A DNA stretch of 64,000 nt from Pelagomonas calceolata (GCA_918797485.1 CAKKNE010000005.1:3968001-4032000); one strand, 5' to 3'. Shown: positions 10,089 through 21,493, numbered from the stretch's first letter. Notes: generated by a model from the sequence alone, not told the origin. Made by a program: numbers and translations.

Positions 10089-10399
10089 CAAGCAGCGCGA
10101 ACGGCTCGCGTGGAACGTAGCCCCACGCCGAAGCCGTCGACGCTACCCCTAAAACGGAACACAGGGAGTCCCTTACCCCCCTACCACCGCGACGCGCGTC
10201 CGCGTCGCCGCGAAAAAACCTGTGGAGCAAAAGAAACGTGTGTGCGCCCGCACCACCCGCGCGCGCGGAAACGCAAGAACCGCCCGGGGGTCGGTGGCAG
10301 ACAACGGATGCTCTGCGCCGGCAGAACTGGAGCGGCGTCTACGGACGAAGACGAAGCTCCGAAAGGCCAGCGTAAATAAGAAGGACGCCGGTCCACACT

Positions 10400-11005
10400 T
10401 CAAGAAGGCGGCGCGAACCGCTCGGCCCGCGCCTTGAGCTTGGCCTCGTTCGCCTTGACGGCCGGGTCCTTGAACCGCTCGGCCCTTGCCGCTTTTTTGG
10501 CCGCCTCTTCTTTGGCTCTAGGGTCTTCAAATCTCTCCTTCCTAGCCTTCTTCTTCGCCTCGTCGGCGTCGGGGTCCGGCAACCCGAAGCGCTCGGCGCG
10601 CTTCTTTTTCTTCTTCTTGTCGTTTTGTTTCTTGTCCTTCGGCGCCACATACAATGGAATGCCGAAGCGCGCGGCGCGCGCGGCCTTCTTCTTCTCCAGT
10701 TCGCTCAGCTCCTCCGTTGCTGGAGGCGCGGGCTCGGCCGCGGGCTCGGCGGCCGCCGGTTCCGGCGCGGGCGGCGGCGCGGGGGCCGGCGCGGGCGGCT
10801 TTGCTGCCTTGGGCGACGGCGCCGGGGCCTTCTCGGGGCTCGGCGCCGGCGCGGCGGCCGCGGGCTCGTCGAGGCCGAACTCCTCCTCGTCGAGCGCGAG
10901 CTGGAGCCGGTCGACGAGGACGGCCTTGAGGCCGTCCGTGCTCAGGCCGCGCTCGGCGAGCGCCGCGCGGAGCTCCGCGACCTTCATCTTCTTGGGCTCG
11001 ACCAT
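10400..11005 (-). CDS. SARNP: SAP-domain ribonucleoprotein (SARNP/THO1/MOS11-like)
   Basis: N-terminal SAP (MKVAELRAALAERGLSTDGLKAVLVDRL) and repeated RAxRF motifs. Confidence 0.85.
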   Translation of the reverse strand: MVEPKKMKVAELRAALAERGLSTDGLKAVLVDRLQLALDEEEFGLDEPAAAAPAPSPEKAPAPSPKAAKPPAPAPAPPPAPEPAAAEPAAEPAPPATEELSELEKKKAARAARFGIPLYVAPKDKKQNDKKKKKKRAERFGLPDPDADEAKKKARKERFEDPRAKEEAAKKAARAERFKDPAVKANEAKLKARAERFAPPS

Positions 11006-11197
11006 GGTGGCTTGTGTTTGTTTGCGCGGCGCGCTCCTCTGGTGCTCAGCGGGCTACTGCGGCGGCGACGTCTGCGGGCGAACGTCTGCGCTGGGCTGCT
11101 GGCGGGCGGCGGAGGAAGTCAGAGATGTGTCTCTGTGCACCGGTCGTCCGCAATAGCGCGCGCGCGACGGCTGCCAAAGTTTCGCGGGCTCGACACG

Positions 11198-11219
11198 CTA
11201 GTGTGTTACACGACGCTAC
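11198..11219 (-). promoter_or_regulatory. CTAG element variant in divergent promoter
   Basis: CTAGTGTGTTACACGACGCTAC. Confidence 0.55.
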
Positions 11220-11470
11220 CTCCGTTTTTGTTCGCATCCCGCAAAATCAGCGCAAACGCGTGATTGGATCGATAGGTGTATCCGACGCAGCGCCTAGACG
11301 CTGCGGTGCTTGATTCTCGCGCGAGTTTTGACAGCTTTCGCACCCTACAGCCTCGCAGAGCATAGCACCTTATTTGCACGCGTTCTGCCACGCGCCACGC
11401 GAACACGCGAACGACAGTTCGGCATCGACACGTAAACACGAACTACAGTCCGGCATCTCGACAGTACGCG

Positions 11471-13170
11471 ATGAGGGCTGCCCTGCTGGCATTACTGTCG
11501 ACGACGCGTGCTGCATCGCACCGCATCAAGCACGTCGTGGTGCTCTACGAGGAGAACCGCGCCTTCGACCACCTCCTCGGTCATCAGAAGTCGTTGCATG
11601 TAGACGGGCTCAAGGGCGACGAGTCGAATCCCGTCGATCGCAGGGACCCGAGCAAGGGTTCGGTGGAGGTCTTCGACGGCGCGCCGTACGTCGCCGTCGA
11701 GCAGCCGCGGCACGGCTACGCGCCCTACCAGGTCAAGCTCGACGTCCAAGATAACGTCCCGCAGATGGACGGCTTCGTGGAATTTGAGAGGTCGGTGCAT
11801 AAGAAGAATACGAGTGTGGCGGACGCCGTGATGCAGGGCTTCTCGGACGGCGCATTACCGGTCTCCACGGCGCTGGCCTCTGAGTTCGCCGTCTTCGACC
11901 GCTGGTTCACGGCCTTCCCGGGCCCGAGCTGGCCGAACCACATGTTCTCGTACAGCGCGACGGCGAACGGAAATACGAACACCGGCGACGGCTACCTCTG
12001 CGAAAAAGATAGGCCCTACCCCCAGCGCACGATCTTCGACGCCCTGCTCGACGCGGGCCACGAGTACGTGCGGATCTACAACGACTCCAGTCTGTTGCTG
12101 TGTGGAATTCAAATTCGGGCGCCCCACGCCATCGACGCGATGTTGTCTCTGTGGAGTTCTCAGGCCATCGACGCGACGTTGTCGCCGTGACCGCATCGGT
12201 TATATGGCGTGGAGGTTCACGAAGGCCCGCGCAATATTTCTCAGGATAACCAATCTCACTGTTGGGTTTCCACACAGTAACGGACACGTTCATGGAGGCG
12301 TTCGGCTCGAAACAGACACGTTCACGGACGCACACCATGGACCGCTTCTTCGCCGACGCGGCCAAGGGCACGCTACCAGCTTTAACTTGGATCGACCCGC
12401 GCCAGGGTATTAATAAGACGCTCGGCGACCTCGGCGGGCCCAACTCCGACCACCCGTCGTGCTGCGACGTGGCGCTTGGGGAAAGATTGCGGAAGGACAT
12501 CTATGAGGCACTGAGGGCGGGTCCTGGCTGGAACCACACTGCATTCATCATGACCTGGGACGACCCCGGCGGGTTTTACGACCACGTGCCGCCGCCGATG
12601 GCCGCCCCGCCGCCGGACCACCAGCCCGCCTGCTTCTGCCTGAACGGCGAGAAGACGTGCGAGGGCTTCGGGCCCTACTCGCGGCTCGGGAGTAGAGTTC
12701 CCGTGCTCGTGGTCAGCCCCTGGGTCCCGAGGGGCTCTGTGGTGTCGGCGCCGCGCACGAAGCCGTCGCCGACCTCGCAGTTCGACGGGACCTCGATCGT
12801 AGCCACGGTCAAGCGATTGTTTGACCTGCCGACCTTCCTCACGCGCCGGGACGCCTGGGCGGCGCCCTTCGACTGGTTATTTGAAGATCTCGACGAGCCG
12901 CGCACGGACGCGCCAATGCACCTACCAAGCGCGCCTTTGCCGACGCCGCGGCCCGGCGGCCAGCCGTGGGGCACGGACTGCGACGATCCTACGAGGAGGA
13001 TGCGCCGATCCATCTTAGCGTTCGAAAAGCTGCTCGGCGTCGAGGCGCCGCCGCGTTTACACGCCTGCGCCCACGCCGAGCCGCACTGGGAGCACCGCTG
13101 CGCGGCGGGGACGATGGCCGAGGCGACGGCGTGGTTAACTGAGGCGACGGAGCGGTGGTTAGCTTCTTGA
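11471..13170 (+). CDS. Phosphoesterase / non-specific phospholipase C (exons 11471-12089, 12278-13170)
   Basis: Signal peptide; IKHVVVLYEENRAFDH, FDRWF..PGPSWPNH, SDHP, TWDDPGGFYDHVPPP, RLGSRVP. Confidence 0.9.
12090..12277 (+). mobile_element. Introner intron (188 nt, GT-AG)
   Basis: 8-nt lead GTCTGTTG, then CTGTGTGGAATTC...TTTCCACACAG; removal restores IYNDS|ITDTF. Confidence 0.8.
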
Positions 13171-13314
13171 CTTCTCTCCTTCTTTGTTTGTTGTTGATAA
13201 GTCTTCCGTTCAAAATCAGAGTCGATGTTACGGTGCTAGGACTAGTGGGCGGAGCCCCGGGGGGGAGACACCGCGCTTCGCCGATTCATCGGCGGCGGGC
13301 GTTCAAAATCCTTG

Positions 13315-13336
13315 CTAGCGGCTGGTAAGACACTAG
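13315..13336 (+). promoter_or_regulatory. 22-bp CTAG-bounded element
   Basis: CTAGCGGCTGGTAAGACACTAG, about 160 bp upstream of ATG 13498. Confidence 0.7.
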
Positions 13337-13497
13337 CAGGCAGGCAAGCTTGCTCTTGCCAGCCGATTGCGCCCTCACTCTGGTGTAAGAGTGGCCGTGG
13401 ATCTACACATTGCTGCTCTCATCGCTGCCTTGTGCTCGCTGCCAACTTTCAGCTCCTGCAACGGTCGGGAAGCCGCGAAACTATCCGCAGTGCTTAA

Positions 13498-14637
13498 ATG
13501 TCATCTGCTGCAAACGCGTTAGAGATCCCGGACAGCTCGGACGACGAGGCAGCGAGGCCCCAGTGGCAGCCGTTACGACTAAAACCAGGCGACACTGCGA
13601 CCGGTAAAGCCGATGCGCCGCTCCCGATCTCGGACTCGGACGACTCGCAGGACGACGAGCCCACCGCTCGCGCGCGGCAGAACCTGCAGAACGCCCTCAA
13701 ACAACCGACGCAGCAGGACGACGACGCGCCCGCCTCGAAGCGCCAGCGGACGGATGATGCTCCCGTCGACCTGACGCTGGACAGCGGCGACGACGAGGCC
13801 GCGCGGCCCGGGTCGCCGGACACGGACGGGTCGCCGACGGCGCGCGCGTTCTGGCCCAGAATTCCGGAGAAGGGCGACGCTCCAGCGCTCGCCGCGGGTA
13901 CCGTCGGCGGCCTGTACCACGTCGGCATGCGCCAGGGCTGCGGCGCGGACAAGACGGGCGCGCGGTCCCTGTCGGAGCGCGACTACGTGGAGACCCTGGG
14001 GCGGATCCGGGCCGAGGTCGCCTTCGACATGCGCCGCGGGACCTGGAAGAGCAAGTGCCAGAAGAAAAAGGGAGGGCCGTGCGGGGGCCACCCCGAGTGG
14101 AGCTGCAACTGCCCGAAGGACAGCCGGGTCGAGGCTGTCCACGCGCGGGCCGGCGTCGCGTACGAGTGGCTCGGCGGGCCGATCACGAAAAATGGCGGCC
14201 ACAACCTCGGCGGGAGCGAGGTGTCGGCGTATCCGGGTCGCGAGTACCCGTTCCTCAAGAACTCGCGCGAGATCATGCGCGCGATGTTCGACCCCCGCAA
14301 CACGGCCGGCCGCCCCTGCCTCGACGGGACCAAAAAGAAGACGGTGCGCGTGCGCTACGACCCCGACGCCCACGCGGCCCTGAAGCGCGTCGCCGCCGTC
14401 TCGAAGACGAAGCGCGTCGTCCTCATCTGCGTCGAAGACAATCTGTCGGACTGCCACGTCGAGACCCTCATCGAAGTCATGCTCGAGCAGAGGCTCATCG
14501 ACGCCGCGACGGCCCTCGAGCCGACGCTCATGCGGCCCGGCGCCGGCTGGACGACCTGCGCGTGCGCGCGCCACCTCGACTGGAACGCGGAGCTGCGGCG
14601 GGTCAAGGCCGCGCGCTACGCCACGAGAGGTAAGTAA
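13498..14637 (+). CDS. DUF488-like protein with acidic SIM-like N-terminal region
   Basis: LYHVG..RSL..AFDMRR..GVAYEWLG..LGG..VVLICVED...CH pattern; EIPDSSDDE, VDLTLDSGDDE. Confidence 0.6.
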   Translation: MSSAANALEIPDSSDDEAARPQWQPLRLKPGDTATGKADAPLPISDSDDSQDDEPTARARQNLQNALKQPTQQDDDAPASKRQRTDDAPVDLTLDSGDDEAARPGSPDTDGSPTARAFWPRIPEKGDAPALAAGTVGGLYHVGMRQGCGADKTGARSLSERDYVETLGRIRAEVAFDMRRGTWKSKCQKKKGGPCGGHPEWSCNCPKDSRVEAVHARAGVAYEWLGGPITKNGGHNLGGSEVSAYPGREYPFLKNSREIMRAMFDPRNTAGRPCLDGTKKKTVRVRYDPDAHAALKRVAAVSKTKRVVLICVEDNLSDCHVETLIEVMLEQRLIDAATALEPTLMRPGAGWTTCACARHLDWNAELRRVKAARYATRGK

Positions 14638-14643
14638 TTGTTG

Positions 14644-15861
14644 TTAACAGAGAAACTCGCTCGTCCGATCCACGGTATCCATCGCGAGCTGCGTCCTGCC
14701 ACCGACACGCGTCCACTGCCGCGCGTCCGGCGGCACGGCCAACGTTCTGCCTACAAGGAGCTCCGAGGAACCGCGCCTACCGGGAGACGTCGCCGCCGCG
14801 AGGCTTTGGTACGTGCCCCGCGGGTCTTCCGCTATCCTATCCCAGAGCCAAGGTAAAAATTCCGAAGCCACCTCGTTGCGCGCCCTCAGCCGATCCGTCG
14901 CGCGCGGCCCGAGGCCCGCTTTCACAAGAGCGTCTCGGACAGCGTCCTGCGCTTCGTGATCAACGTCGTCGACGGCGTCCAACCTCGATTGGACGTCGTG
15001 CTCGCCGAGGGCCAGCCGCACGTCGACCCAGGTCTCGACCCATCCAGACGCGGGGCCGCCCGTCTTCGGCGCGGCTTTTGGTTTGAGCCAGCGCGGGCCG
15101 TCCACAAGAGCACAAGCGCATCTGAAAACCAATTCGACATCCCCGTGGGGCTCGCGCAGCGCCCGGATCTCGTTGCGCCGCGTCATGTCTAGTTGTGGAG
15201 GCGGTTCCCTTTCATCCTTTACGATTGAGGTCTTCCGCGGCGTCGTGAATATCGACGGCGTTGCTCGCCTCGGCTTGTCTCGAGACGGCGGGATGCCCGA
15301 CCTGTTCACAACGTCGAAATATTGACCAGTGCCGCCGTCGACCTCTCTACTTCTTAACACGGGTGCCGCGTCGTCGTAGCAGGCCTCTAGGACGATCTTC
15401 GCGCAGTCCAGACTCAGCTTGAAGCGCTTCGCGCCCAACACATCACTACTCACGAGTGACTGCGAGTCGTCTCGAGTTACGCAAAGAGCCACGTTCTCGA
15501 CGTCCCACCTTCTCAACAGATCCAGGAGCTTCTGGCCCGTGCCCACGTCTCCATTATCATCACTACCTTCGCCGCCGTCCGCTAATCTAAAAGCGCAGGG
15601 ACTCACGCCTATTGCAACGCTCGTGTCGTTCATGAACGCAGCAACGTCCTCGTCAGACACGACGGGCACGGCGTGGCCCCGGAAGCGCATGCCCCTGAAC
15701 ACCACCGCTTCGGTTGATGTAATGGGCGGCGGGCCGTCTTCGTCCTCTTGAACCGCGTCGGCCGGCGTCGCCACAGACTGCTCGGGCGACGTCGACCAGT
15801 GGACCGGTGGCGCCGGGATGGTCGCGGGCGATGTGGGCAGGACGATGTCGACGGAGGGCAT
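14644..15861 (-). CDS. IMPACT/YigZ-domain protein
   Basis: SDDNGDVGTGQKLLDLL...ENVALCVTR...LGAKRFK; start taken as MPSVD. Confidence 0.7.
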   Translation of the reverse strand: MPSVDIVLPTSPATIPAPPVHWSTSPEQSVATPADAVQEDEDGPPPITSTEAVVFRGMRFRGHAVPVVSDEDVAAFMNDTSVAIGVSPCAFRLADGGEGSDDNGDVGTGQKLLDLLRRWDVENVALCVTRDDSQSLVSSDVLGAKRFKLSLDCAKIVLEACYDDAAPVLRSREVDGGTGQYFDVVNRSGIPPSRDKPRRATPSIFTTPRKTSIVKDEREPPPQLDMTRRNEIRALREPHGDVELVFRCACALVDGPRWLKPKAAPKTGGPASGWVETWVDVRLALGEHDVQSRLDAVDDVDHEAQDAVRDALVKAGLGPRATDRLRARNEVASEFLPWLWDRIAEDPRGTYQSLAAATSPGRRGSSELLVGRTLAVPPDARQWTRVGGRTQLAMDTVDRTSEFLC

Positions 15862-15956
15862 CCTGGCTTTGTTCGTCTTGCTTGGGGAGGCTGCCCGGAG
15901 CCGTTCTCCCTGAGCACGCCGGGCCAAGAAGGAGGCATCCAAGGCGCTGCACAAGG

Positions 15957-15978
15957 CTAGAGTGTGTCGCCACGCTAG
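15957..15978 (-). promoter_or_regulatory. 22-bp CTAG-bounded element (variant) in divergent promoter
   Basis: CTAGAGTGTGTCGCCACGCTAG. Confidence 0.5.
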
Positions 15979-16133
15979 CTCCTTCACAGAGCGCTGCCAA
16001 GGCGCAAACGCCGCGTCCGACCGACGCACCTCGCGCTTAGAAGCCCTGCGAGCTGGACACGGCGGTGGAAGCAGTCGCATCGCTCGCGCGCACCAGTGAT
16101 AGCCCAACAGGGGGCAGCCCCCCTGTGGAGAGG

Positions 16134-16652
16134 ATGGAGAGCAAGGGCGAGGGCAAGTACGACGACGACGACGACGACGCGAAGAGCGGCAGCACCCGCG
16201 ATGCCAAATCGGAAGCGAAAGACCAGGACGAACAAGATGATGCTTTACTGCGCCACGTCTTCGACTGGTACTACGAGGACGAGGACTTGGAAGCGGAGCT
16301 CCAGAAGTTCGCCTTCGACCACGCGAACGAGTTTGACGACGAGTGTTCGTCGACCGGAGAGTATTCGTTGGAGCACACGGAGTTGCATCGGGAATTCCGG
16401 AGCATTTTTGAGCGACGATTGGAGGAGTGCGTGGAGCGGCACGGGTCCTCCGTCCAACAATTCTATCGGCTGGTCGCTTCGGATCAAGCGCGGTCCACGG
16501 AGCTGTACTCGGGGCACACGTTCGCGGCCGTCATCAACAGCACGATGTCCTTCGAGTCGTTTTACGAATTGATGAGGGATGCGAAGCGCGGCGACTTCTA
16601 CTGGGGCGTGCCTTTACTGCAGGACATGGACACGCTGGAGTTCCTGTTCTAG
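16134..16652 (+). CDS. BART-domain (ARL2BP/CFAP36-like) protein
   Basis: F..DH..EF...EYSLEHTELH.EF..IFE..LE, ending SFESFYELM. Confidence 0.75.
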   Translation: MESKGEGKYDDDDDDAKSGSTRDAKSEAKDQDEQDDALLRHVFDWYYEDEDLEAELQKFAFDHANEFDDECSSTGEYSLEHTELHREFRSIFERRLEECVERHGSSVQQFYRLVASDQARSTELYSGHTFAAVINSTMSFESFYELMRDAKRGDFYWGVPLLQDMDTLEFLF

Positions 16653-17002
16653 CGTCCGCGTCCCGTGTTTTTTGAGGTGGGGGTATAATGTGTTTTAATC
16701 GTATGGAAGCTTTACTCGGAGGGGGTATAGCGTCCAAGCTATCGTTCTGGAGACCCATATGCGCACTTCAAGTTCGTGCTTGCGTGCGGGTTGTGCTCAA
16801 CACAAAAAAAAGTTTGCACGCGCACCGCTCCACACACAGAGTCGAAGCGATTGCAGGAAGCAGCTCACGCGAAGCACGTGTACACAGCTCGCCACTGCCG
16901 CAACCTCGACCGAAATTGATTCGCTACAGCCGCAGTTCTCGTGGTGACACCACTGACACTTGTTCTGCGCTTCGAAACCACTTGTTCTTGCGCTTCGAAA
17001 CC

Positions 17003-17911
17003 ATGACCATCACCAGGAAAACACCGCTCGCGCTGCTCCTCGCAAGCACAACAGCCCTGCGCCGCGTCGCCATCGTGACCGGCGGCACGCGCGGCGTCGG
17101 CCTCGGCATCTCGCAGGCGCTGGCCGAGAACGACTTTGATTTGCTCCTGACCTACAATTCTGACAGTGCCGCTGCTGAAAAGGCCGTCCTCGAGCTCAAG
17201 AACCAGTTCCCGATCTGCGCCATCGAGACGGTCGGCGGCGACGTCTCGCTCCCGGAGACGCGCAAGGCCATTTTTGACAAGTTCGACAGCGCGTACGCCA
17301 AGACGCACTGCCTGGGCGCCGTCGTGCACAACGCGGGCCAGTACGTGGGCGTGAGTTCCACGAACGCGGCCGGCATAAAGGCGACGGGGCCGCCGCCGGG
17401 CTTCGGCGACGGGAGCCTGCTGGGTGCGGACGGCGGCGTGGATTTTACGCAGATGCATTACTACCAGAAGATGTACGGCGACGCCTTCGTGGACCTGTGC
17501 GAGCGCGGCCTGGCGCGGTTCCCCGAAGACGGTGGTTCGTTAGTTGGTATCTCGAGCCCGGGCTGCACGCTGCAATTCAACCCGAATCTAGGGTACGACA
17601 TGCCCGGCAGCGGCAAGTGCGTCATGGAGTACTCCATGCGGTTGTTTGCCGTGCGCGCGGCGGCGAAGAAGGTCAACGCCAACGTCGTGATCCCGGGAGT
17701 GACGCCGGAGGGCGCCTGGGAGGCGCTCGGCGCCACGCGCGGCATGAGCGGCAAGGAGATGGCCGAGGGCGTCGCGAGCCGCCTCGCCCCGATGGGTCCG
17801 ACGCCCGCGAAGGTCGTGGGCGACGGCGTCGCCTTCCTCTGCTCGCCGGCGGGCCGCGCCGTGACGGGCGTCTCGCTCCCGGTGGACAACGGCGTGCACC
17901 TGAAGGCCTGA
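17003..17911 (+). CDS. Short-chain dehydrogenase/reductase, enoyl-ACP reductase (FabI/FabL)-like
   Basis: VTGGTRGVG, VHNAG, Y-x6-K site YDMPGSGK, VTGVSLPVDNG; hydrophobic N-terminus. Confidence 0.8.
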   Translation: MTITRKTPLALLLASTTALRRVAIVTGGTRGVGLGISQALAENDFDLLLTYNSDSAAAEKAVLELKNQFPICAIETVGGDVSLPETRKAIFDKFDSAYAKTHCLGAVVHNAGQYVGVSSTNAAGIKATGPPPGFGDGSLLGADGGVDFTQMHYYQKMYGDAFVDLCERGLARFPEDGGSLVGISSPGCTLQFNPNLGYDMPGSGKCVMEYSMRLFAVRAAAKKVNANVVIPGVTPEGAWEALGATRGMSGKEMAEGVASRLAPMGPTPAKVVGDGVAFLCSPAGRAVTGVSLPVDNGVHLKA

Positions 17912-17941
17912 CTTGTGAATGAGTAAACAATGTATACCTAA

Positions 17942-19802
17942 CTAACGTTTCCCGCCGCTCTCGTAAAGGTCCGCGAAGGCCCGGTGCGCCGTGGAAACCT
18001 CGCTCACATGCTCGGCGCCGACCGCCGACGCCGTCGTCCAGCCGTGCGCGCCGAAGCCACCCTCTAATGTATTCGCTCGTCTGGACGCCCAGCCCGCCGG
18101 GAGGTTTGTTGATCCTTGTTTTGGTGGCGGTTGAACGGGCGGCGGCGGCGGCGGGAGATCCGCATCATTCCGCAGCCCGCTCAACAAAACCCCCGCGACG
18201 TCCACTGATGAAGCTTCCTCGACCGAACACGCGCCGCGGCGCACCCTCAAAACATCCGTCGCCCACCCATCTAATCCCTGGAAGACGTGCGTCGCGTAGA
18301 GGCACGTCGCCGCGTCGCGCTTCAAAAATTCGAGCACCCTATGCCGCGCGAGCGCGTCGAGGTCGCGCGTGAGCTCGTCGAGGACGCGCACGTCGGCGCG
18401 CGGCGCGAGCTGGAGCACCAATTGCAAGCGCGTCTTCTGGCCCGACGAGCAGAGGCCCGTTCTCCAACTCTCCTCCACATGCAACAAGGCCATGAGGCGC
18501 TTTGCGCGCGTTTGAAACGCGTCGTCCTTGTACGCCGCGAGCGTCTCGCCGAAGGGCGTCGCTTTTGAGATCGCCGCGCAGGTCTCCAGCTGTTGTTTAA
18601 ACGCCGGGCCGAGGTAGGCGACGCGCGGCGTTGATGTTGGCGCGCGGAGGTTTTGTTGCGAGGGGTGCGCGCCGTGTATGGAGATGGATTGATCCATACC
18701 AAGGCGCGCGCCGGCAGCTAAAGCGAGCATCGTAGACTTGCCCGCGCCGTTCTCGCCAACAACGACAACGCGGCGGCCCGCTTTTATGGTGAACGAGCAA
18801 CCGTCGAGGGCCGGCCGCGCGCGCGGGTCGTAGCGGTACGTGACGCCCTCAAAGACGACCGCGTCGCCCGACAGAGTTGACTGTGTCTCTTCTTCCAGGG
18901 CGCGCGCCGCGGCCTCTTTCATATCAGCAGGCTCCGAGGCCTCGAGGCGCGCCTTCGCCGTCGCGAAGAGGGACCCCGGGCCCTTTGACTGCCAGACCTC
19001 GCAGGCCTCGACGCGGCCGCCTCGCACGTCGCAGATGTGCGTCGGCCAGTCGTCCAGTCCGTCGAAGACGTGCGTCGCGTAGAGGACCGTCGCTTCCGTG
19101 GCCCGGACGTACGTCAAGACGCGGTCCCTCACCAGCGCGTCGAGGTCGGCGCAGGCCTCATCCAACAAGATGACCTCGAGCTTCGGCGGCGCGAGGGCCA
19201 CGAACAGCTGCACGGCGCGGCGCTGGCCGTCCGACAGCGCGGACGTGTCGCGGTGCCGGAGCTTCCCGACGCCCGTCGCCGCCTCGAGCGCGTCGAGCGT
19301 CGCGTCGGCGCCGCCCTCCGTTGTCGACCGGTCGCGCGCGCCCTTGATGATGCTCGCGACGCTCAGCGAGGCGAGGCCGCTGCCCCAGCTCTCCTGTGTG
19401 TGACTTTTCTCTCGACGCGCGACCGCGTTTCTCTCTCTATCCGACGGCGTCGCGACGGTACGCCATCGACGCGTCCACCTCCACGCCATCGCGCAGACGA
19501 CAGGAACAGAATCGGACGCCGGAGCACGCGGCCGGGACGTAGGCGACGCGGCCGTTGAGCTTCGGGCTGCGGCACGGCTCGTCCAGGATGGACGCGACGC
19601 CGTTGTCCGGCGTGTGGCGGCCGGCCAGGAGCCGCAGGAGCGTCGACTTGCCCGCGCCGTTGGCCCCGAGCACGGCGCAGCGCCCGCCGCGCGGGATGCT
19701 GAGCGTGATGCCCTTGAGCGCCGGTATCGGCTCGGCGAGCGTCACGCCCCGCGAGACGTCGACGCGGTAGCTGAAGTCGACGTCGCGAGCGACGACGGCC
19801 AT
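17942..19802 (-). CDS. Soluble tandem ABC ATPase (CAF16/ABCI-like); intron about 19532-19394
   Basis: Two Walker A motifs (GANGAGKS, GENGAGKS), LSDGQ/CSSGQ signatures, LLDE/VLDE, YATH; no TM segments; acceptor fixed, donor uncertain by a few codons. Confidence 0.85.
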
Positions 19803-20554
19803 CCTGCGCGGGCTTTGATTCGAGCGCGTGCGCCGCCGCGGCGTGCGATTTGTGCGTTTGTGTCAGCGCTCGGAGAGAAGATTAGTTATCATGAATAGTT
19901 CGTCTCATGAGCGGAGCTCCGCGCGTTGCGGCGCGTGCTTGCTTCGGAAACGAGGAATAAAGGGGTCGTCAGTGCGCTGCTCTCGTCTTGGTCGGCTGTT
20001 TTGAGGCGCTGGGTAATTGCAGCGCTTTTTGTGCTGTTGGCGCTGTTGCAAAATGGTTATAGGTGGAGGTAGTCACCACGTAGCTGCCGTTCGCTGCGTC
20101 CGCGCCGCTGTGCCGCTGTTTGCAGTGCGGTGCGTTCAGCCTGCTGCACTCGCTTAGGGGTCGTCAGCGTTCGCTGGCGTTGGTGTGGCGACCGCTGCGG
20201 AGCTATGCGCTGCTCGTGCAGGCCCGCGCAACCCTACGCGCAACCCTATAAGCACGTCCGCGTCGTCGTTCGCCGCGGCACCGAGCTAGCGTACAAAAGC
20301 TCTAGGATTGGCCCAATTTTGGGCACCAAAAGCGCGTGCTCGCTTAGCTGGACACCAGTAGAGTTGCGCACGCCACTCGAGTTGCTGCTCGCTGCGACAT
20401 AACTGGTCCGCGAACCTCAAAGCGTTTACGCACGGTCCTCCAGCGATTGGCAGCGATATCCACTCTGGATCCAAGCACCCAATTCTAGGCGTCGCGTCCA
20501 ATTCTACCACTCGCTCACCAATCCTACCACTATTCCAAGGCTGAGATTCCAAGC

Positions 20555-21493
20555 ATGGCTCTGGCTCGCCTCGTCCTAGCTCTCGCTGCCACGGCGACGG
20601 CGTGGGCGCCGCTCCGCCGACCGCTGGCCCAGCGCACGACGCCTAAGCAGACCGTCCTTTCGGCGGCGACGAATGCCGATTGGCGCACGCGCTGCGACAC
20701 GGAAGGCGTCGTGAGCTACTACGACTTCGGCGTCCGCCTCGGCGGCGCCGCGCCGGCCGCCGCCGGAGATAGCAAAGCCGTGGCGACCTCGGGGTCGACG
20801 TCGTTCTCGCCCGTCTACGCCGCCAAAGAAACGATCAAGTACGTCGGCGCGACGGCCGTGCAGTACAAACTACTGATGCTCGCCCTCTCGGGCGTGGACA
20901 AAGTGGCCACGCTGCCCAAGCCCGCGGTGTGGCTGCTGTTCGCGTTCCTCTCGCTGCGATCGAGGGTCGTTTCGCTGCTCGACAACTCGCGGCCTAATCG
21001 TGAAGCTCAAAAAGGCAAGGCGACGCCGGTGGACGTCAAGCGGCCGTCCTGGACGCCGCCGGGCATCGCCTTCCCGTTCATCTGGCTCACGATCACGGCT
21101 CTTAGAGCTACGGCTGCACAGATGGCGTACGCCGGGTCTCTAAGAAACCCGGCGCTGGACGCGCTCGTGTTGCACCTCTGCATCGGCGACACCTGGAACT
21201 GCATCACGAACGTGGAACGCAGGCTGGGCGTGAGTGCTGTGGGCTGCTTTGCAGTGTGGGGGTCTGTGTTCCGGGCCGTGAAGGCCTTCGGGGCGTCGGC
21301 GGCGCCCAAGGCCGCGTACGTGCTCGCGCCGTCGCTCGCGTGGATCTCGGTGGCGTGCGTGCTCACGGCGTCGATCTGGAACCTGAACGGCAGGCCGCCG
21401 GTGTACCCGGCGGAGGGCGACGGCGACAGCGCGGACCTGCGCCTGAAGTACCTGTTCCAGATGGAGGCGACGAGCATCCGTGGCGGCAAATGA
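20555..21493 (+). CDS. TspO/MBR-family membrane protein with plastid-targeting-like N-terminus
   Basis: KRPSWTPPGIAFPFIW, LAPSLAWISVA..L..SIWNLN; signal ending ATA-WAP. Confidence 0.85.
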   Translation: MALARLVLALAATATAWAPLRRPLAQRTTPKQTVLSAATNADWRTRCDTEGVVSYYDFGVRLGGAAPAAAGDSKAVATSGSTSFSPVYAAKETIKYVGATAVQYKLLMLALSGVDKVATLPKPAVWLLFAFLSLRSRVVSLLDNSRPNREAQKGKATPVDVKRPSWTPPGIAFPFIWLTITALRATAAQMAYAGSLRNPALDALVLHLCIGDTWNCITNVERRLGVSAVGCFAVWGSVFRAVKAFGASAAPKAAYVLAPSLAWISVACVLTASIWNLNGRPPVYPAEGDGDSADLRLKYLFQMEATSIRGGK

